A program made the translations under genes and the position numbers. The notes beneath the pieces are model-generated. The model saw only the letters and a program-made list of their open reading frames with translations. It did no database searches and was not told the origin of the DNA. Below are positions 60,063 through 64,000 of a stretch of 64,000 nucleotides of DNA, piece by piece. The stretch comes from Scenedesmus sp. PABB004 (lineage: Eukaryota), in contig CM026547.1 of NCBI GenBank assembly GCA_014905635.1, positions 1,488,001 to 1,552,000 of the forward strand. Reading direction: 5' to 3'. Position 1 is the stretch's first letter; each line of letters begins with the position of its first letter.

Positions 60063-62000
60063 ATGGAAGACACGCCGGAGCTGCCGCCGGAGGAGGCGGG
60101 CGCTGCCGCGTCGAGCAGCCCGCCCTCACCAACAGCGGCCGGCAGCGGCGCCGCCGCGGCGTGCCCGCCCGCCGGCTCGGCGCTGGAGGGCCTGGCCGCC
60201 AGCGTGGGCGCGCTGGACGCCACGGCGGGGCAGCTGGCGGCGCTGGTGGCGGCAGCGTGCGACACGCAGCGCGAGTGCGCGCGTGAGCAGGCGGCGCCGG
60301 TCGCCGAGCAGGCGCCGCCGGTCGCCGAGCAGGCGCCGCCGGAGCAGGCGCCGCCGGAGCAGGCCCGCCTGGTGGCGGAGCTGGAGCAGCAGTTGGCTGC
60401 GCTGGCGGCGGAGAAGGCGCGCGTGGAGGCCGACCGGCAGGAGATGGCGGTCAAGCAGGGCAACTACAAGGGCACGATCGCGCAGGTGCGGGGGGCGCCC
60501 GCGAGCGGTGGGTGGGGGCAGCGCGCCGACTCGACGCAGCAAACGACGCACACGCGCGCCGCTGCGGCCGCAGCTGGAGGGCGCGCTCGCGTTCAGCGAG
60601 CGCAAGGTCAAGGACCAGCTGGCGGCCATGGACAGGCTGCAGGCCCAGGTCGCGGGCCTCAGCGCCGAGCTGCAGGAGGCGCGCGGCGCGGCGGCGCAGA
60701 CGCCCGACCGCTGCCGCACGGCAGCGCGCGCGCTGCAGGCTGAGGCCGACAAGTGAGCGCAGAGGGGGAGCGCTGGGGCCGCGGTCAGGGTCGCAGCATG
60801 TGCGGTCGCTCACGCACGGCTGTGCCGCGCGCAGGGCTGCGTCGTTTGCGCGCACCAACGAGGCGCAGGTCAAGAAGCTCAAGCAGATCGTGCGGCTCTC
60901 GGTGCGCGCGCCGCGCACGCTGCCGCACCCCTGGCGGCTCTGGACGGCGTGTGCGCGCGGTGCTGGCCAGCCGCGCATGCTGCCGCACCCCTGGCGGCTG
61001 TCGACGGCATGCGCCCTCGGCGCCGCGCCCCGCAGGCGCGGGAGCTGTCGGAGCTGCTCGACTTTGCCGAGCAGGAGCGGCTGACCCTGGTGGAGAAGGA
61101 GGCGGCGCTGCAGCAGGACCTCGCGCAGGTGCACACTGACCCAGCAGCGCCGGCGAGCGCCGGCCGGGCGACGGCGGCGGCCTGGCACACGGCGGCGCGC
61201 GCTGCCGCCGCGCCGCGGGCCGACGCTCCTGCCCGCCGCCGTGCCCGCAGGCGCGCGGCCGCGCCGAGGCCGCCGAGGCCGCTGCGTCGGGCAGCCAGGC
61301 GGAGGCGGAGGCGCTGGCGCAGCAGCTGGAGGCGACCAGGGCCGAGGTGGGCGGGACAGGGCTGCTGGCCCCATCGCAGCTGCGCAAGGGCGCTTTGCGC
61401 TCACGCGCCAGTGCTGCGCTGGCGCAGCAGCGGGGCGGCGTCGAAGCTGCCCGCCCCGGCCGCCGCCCCGCAGCTGCTCGACTGCCAGGCGCAGCTCGCG
61501 GCGACGCAGGAGCAGCTGGAGGCGGCGCGCGGCGCGCTGGCCGAGGGCGAGGCGCGCGCTGGCGTGCTGGTGGGCGAGCGCGACGCGGCGGCGCGCAACC
61601 TGGCCAAGGCGGAGGCGGAGCTGAACGACGTCAGCGAGTACAGCACCAAGATGTTCAGACAGGCGCGCACGCACGCGGCGCGCGGCGGCGGCCGCAGCCC
61701 GGCGGGCCGCCGCCCTCAGCAGCGCGTCACGCGCACCCCGCTGCCCCGCCCCCCGCCTGCCCGCCCGCCCAGGTGCGGTTCATCAGCCACGTGCTGGACA
61801 AGAACGGCGCGATGCTGGGCAAGCTGCCCGACTTTGCGTCGCTCGCGCGCGACCTGCGCGCGTTTGTCGCCGCCAACGCGGCCGCGGCCGGCGCCACGGC
61901 GAGCCACAGCGTGAGCCACGCGACCGCGACCGCCGGCGGCGCGTCGATGATGGCCGACACCGCGGTCAGCGGCTCGCGCGACGTGGGCGGCCGGGCGTGA
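60063..62000 (+). CDS. Unknown coiled-coil protein, about 7 exons
   Basis: Heptad-rich exons ([53 protein letters not shown]) joined by consistent introns. Confidence 0.6.
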
Positions 62001-62112
62001 GAGCGACCGCACGATGCGCGCTCGCCGACTCGCGCGCGCTTGTTGGCAACGCGAGCCCCCGCGCCCCGCCGCCGCTGGCGACCGGGAGACAGTGGCGGCC
62101 CCGAGCGCCCGG

Positions 62113-63251
62113 TCAGCTGCCAGCGCGGCTGGGCGGCAGCGGCACGGGGTGCTGCGCAAGGATGAGGCACAGCGGGATGCGCGCGACCAGGGTCGTGTCG
62201 GGCGCCGCGCCCTGCGGGACGCGTGGGCGCAGGCGTGCGTGGGCGCGGGCTTCACAGCCGCTGCCGCAGGGCAGCGCGCGGCCGACCGCGTGCGCACGTG
62301 CCTCTGCCGCCAGCGCGTCGAGCAGCGCCCGCCGGAACTCTGCCAGCGGGTCTGGCCGGTCGGGGTGGGTCTTCCGGCAGATGGCGTACGCGCTCCAGGA
62401 CGACACGTAGCCGACCTGCGCGCGCAGCCGGGTCGATCGCCAGCACGCGCCGCGCCGGCCGCGCGCCTCGGCCGCCGCAGGCGTCGGGCCGCCGCTGCGG
62501 CGCACCAGCTGCTCGGGCGTGAGCTCGGCAGGGCACTCGAGCTCGTGCAGCTCCACGCTGCCAAACTCGTCGGCGCTCGGCTCGAGGCCTGCGCGCGTGC
62601 GCCGGCCGCTGGCTCGCGCGCGCGCCACGCCGCGCCGCGCCGCCGGCGGCGCGGAGCCGCAGCCGCCGCACCGCGGTACATGCGGTCGGCGCTGCGCTTG
62701 CGCTCGTCCCAGAACGGCCCCAGGTCGTCGTAGATCCGCCGCAGCGCCGCGCCGCAGCCGGGCGCGGCGCGCGGCGCGGCGGGGACCTCGATGGCCGCCA
62801 GGCCCAGCGGGATGGCCCACGCCGCGAAGACGCCGTGCGGCTTCAGCACGCGGCGGACCTCGCCGTAGAAGCGGCGCAGCTCGAGCCAGTGGAGCGCGGA
62901 CGCCACGGTCACGGCGTCGGCGGCGCCGTCCGGCAGCGCCACGTCGTGCGCATCGCCGCGCGCGTACTCGACGTTGGCCGCCGGCGTCGCGTGGCGCAGC
63001 TGCGCCGCGTTGGCGTCGGTCGCGAGCACGCGGCGGAAGTGCGGCGCGAGCGCGGTCGCCGCCTGGCCGGACCCCGTCGCGACGTCGACGGCGAGGCCCC
63101 GGTGAGACGGCTCGGGCAGGCGGCTGAGGATGAGGTGGTACAGCTGGTCCGGGTAGCGGGGGCGGAACGTCGCGTACGCGGCCGCCGCCGCGCCGGAGCA
63201 GACGTCGTCGCTGTACGGCGCGGGCGCCGCCGCCGGTGCCGCCGCCGACAT
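62113..63251 (-). CDS. Class I SAM-dependent methyltransferase (Methyltransf_11, trans-aconitate MT-like)
   Basis: YATFRPRYP, AVDVATGSGQA, ADAVTVASALHW, FYGEVRRVLKPHG, GYVSSWSAY. Confidence 0.9.
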
Positions 63252-63722
63252 GCGCGCGCGTGCGCGCGGAGCGCGAGCTGGCCGATGGGGGGACGCCTGG
63301 CGCCTCGCTGGGCGGCGGCCGCCTCACTCCAGGGGGGTGGGGGCGCGGCTGGCTGGCTCGTCAGAGCTTCCAAAAGGCTGGGCGGCGGCAGGGCGGCGCT
63401 CTGAACGGCCCGGCGGCACGCGGCACGGCGTGCGGCGGGCCGGGCGGCCGCATGCGCGGCGGCGGCGCGGGGCAGCCTGGGCAGCTGACCGAATAGGGCG
63501 AGCTGAGCGAGACAGCAAGCGCAGCTGGGCGCGAGCTGAGCGGTCGCGGTTTGGCGGCGGCTGTCTGCTCTGCTGCCCCGGTCCGCCCAAAGAGCAGAGC
63601 GGCGCGCCCGCGCAGCAGCACCACCAGTTCCCAGGCGCGAGCTCAGCGCGTTCGGCGGGCTCGAAAAGAGAGCAGCACGCCGCTCCCGCGGCGCGCCGCC
63701 GCCGCTGCTGTCGCTGCCTCGC

Positions 63723-63783
63723 GCGGCCGCCGCTCGCGGCCGCCGCTCGCGGCCGCCGCTCGCGGCCGCCGCTCGCGGCCGCT
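63723..63783. repeat. 13-bp tandem repeat (CGCGGCCGCCGCT), about 4.5 copies, upstream of the F-box gene
   Basis: Direct inspection; each unit contains GCGGCCGC. Confidence 0.85.
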
Positions 63784-63841
63784 GCCCGCACGCACCGGCC
63801 GCCGGCCGCGCGCAACCGCCGCTGCTGCGCGCTGCCCCGCA

Positions 63842-64000
63842 ATGGCGCTGGAGGAGCTGACGCACGACCTGCTCGTCCGCGTCCTGGCGGGCGCCGGCGG
63901 CGCCGGCGTGGCGCGCGCGGCGGCCGCGTGCAAGCGCCTCGCCGCCGCGGCGACGGAGCTCGCCGCCGCGCCGCTGCTGTGCAGCGCGATGAGCACGTTG
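63842..64000 (+). CDS. 5' part of an F-box protein, possibly F-box/FIST, truncated by window edge
   Basis: MALEELTHDLLVRVLAG...VARAAAACKRL (F-box pattern) followed by PLLCSAMSTL. Confidence 0.6.
   Translation, partial: MALEELTHDLLVRVLAGAGGAGVARAAAACKRLAAAATELAAAPLLCSAMSTL

Overview
This is extremely GC-rich (visually about 75-80%), gene-dense eukaryotic nuclear DNA from a chlorophyte green alga. A Sphaeropleales-like (Scenedesmus/Raphidocelis-type) origin is inferred from short C-rich spliceosomal introns, TGTAA poly(A) signals and plant/algal gene content. Most long ORFs in the supplied track are GC-driven artefacts or read through introns, so about 30 genes were reconstructed by splicing by eye. 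Recognisable genes: OXA1/ALB3-TPR, fasciclin, PNISR-like, UTP18, ABA4, UCH37, V-ATPase E, hydroxyethylthiazole kinase, an ACS-family MFS transporter, Pelota, DUF1989, LL-DAP aminotransferase, NACK-type kinesin-7, mTERF-like, GT92-like, CNOT10, alpha-SNAP, ataxin-10, MATE, DUF2306, fatty-acid hydroxylase, GCAT, a SAM methyltransferase and an F-box(-FIST) start. Best leads: (1) an intronic H/ACA snoRNA in UTP18 with a predictable 18S target; (2) a ~600-bp inverted duplication bracketing three genes, the footprint expected of a staggered-break inversion; (3) a degenerate EF-hand protein resembling EFCAB9, the CatSper calcium sensor; (4) an orphan secreted K/E/H-rich 42-aa repeat protein; (5) frequent GC-AG introns; (6) an intronless DUF1989 gene with palindromic upstream elements. 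Family assignments come from motifs recalled from memory, not database searches. CDS coordinates span introns.
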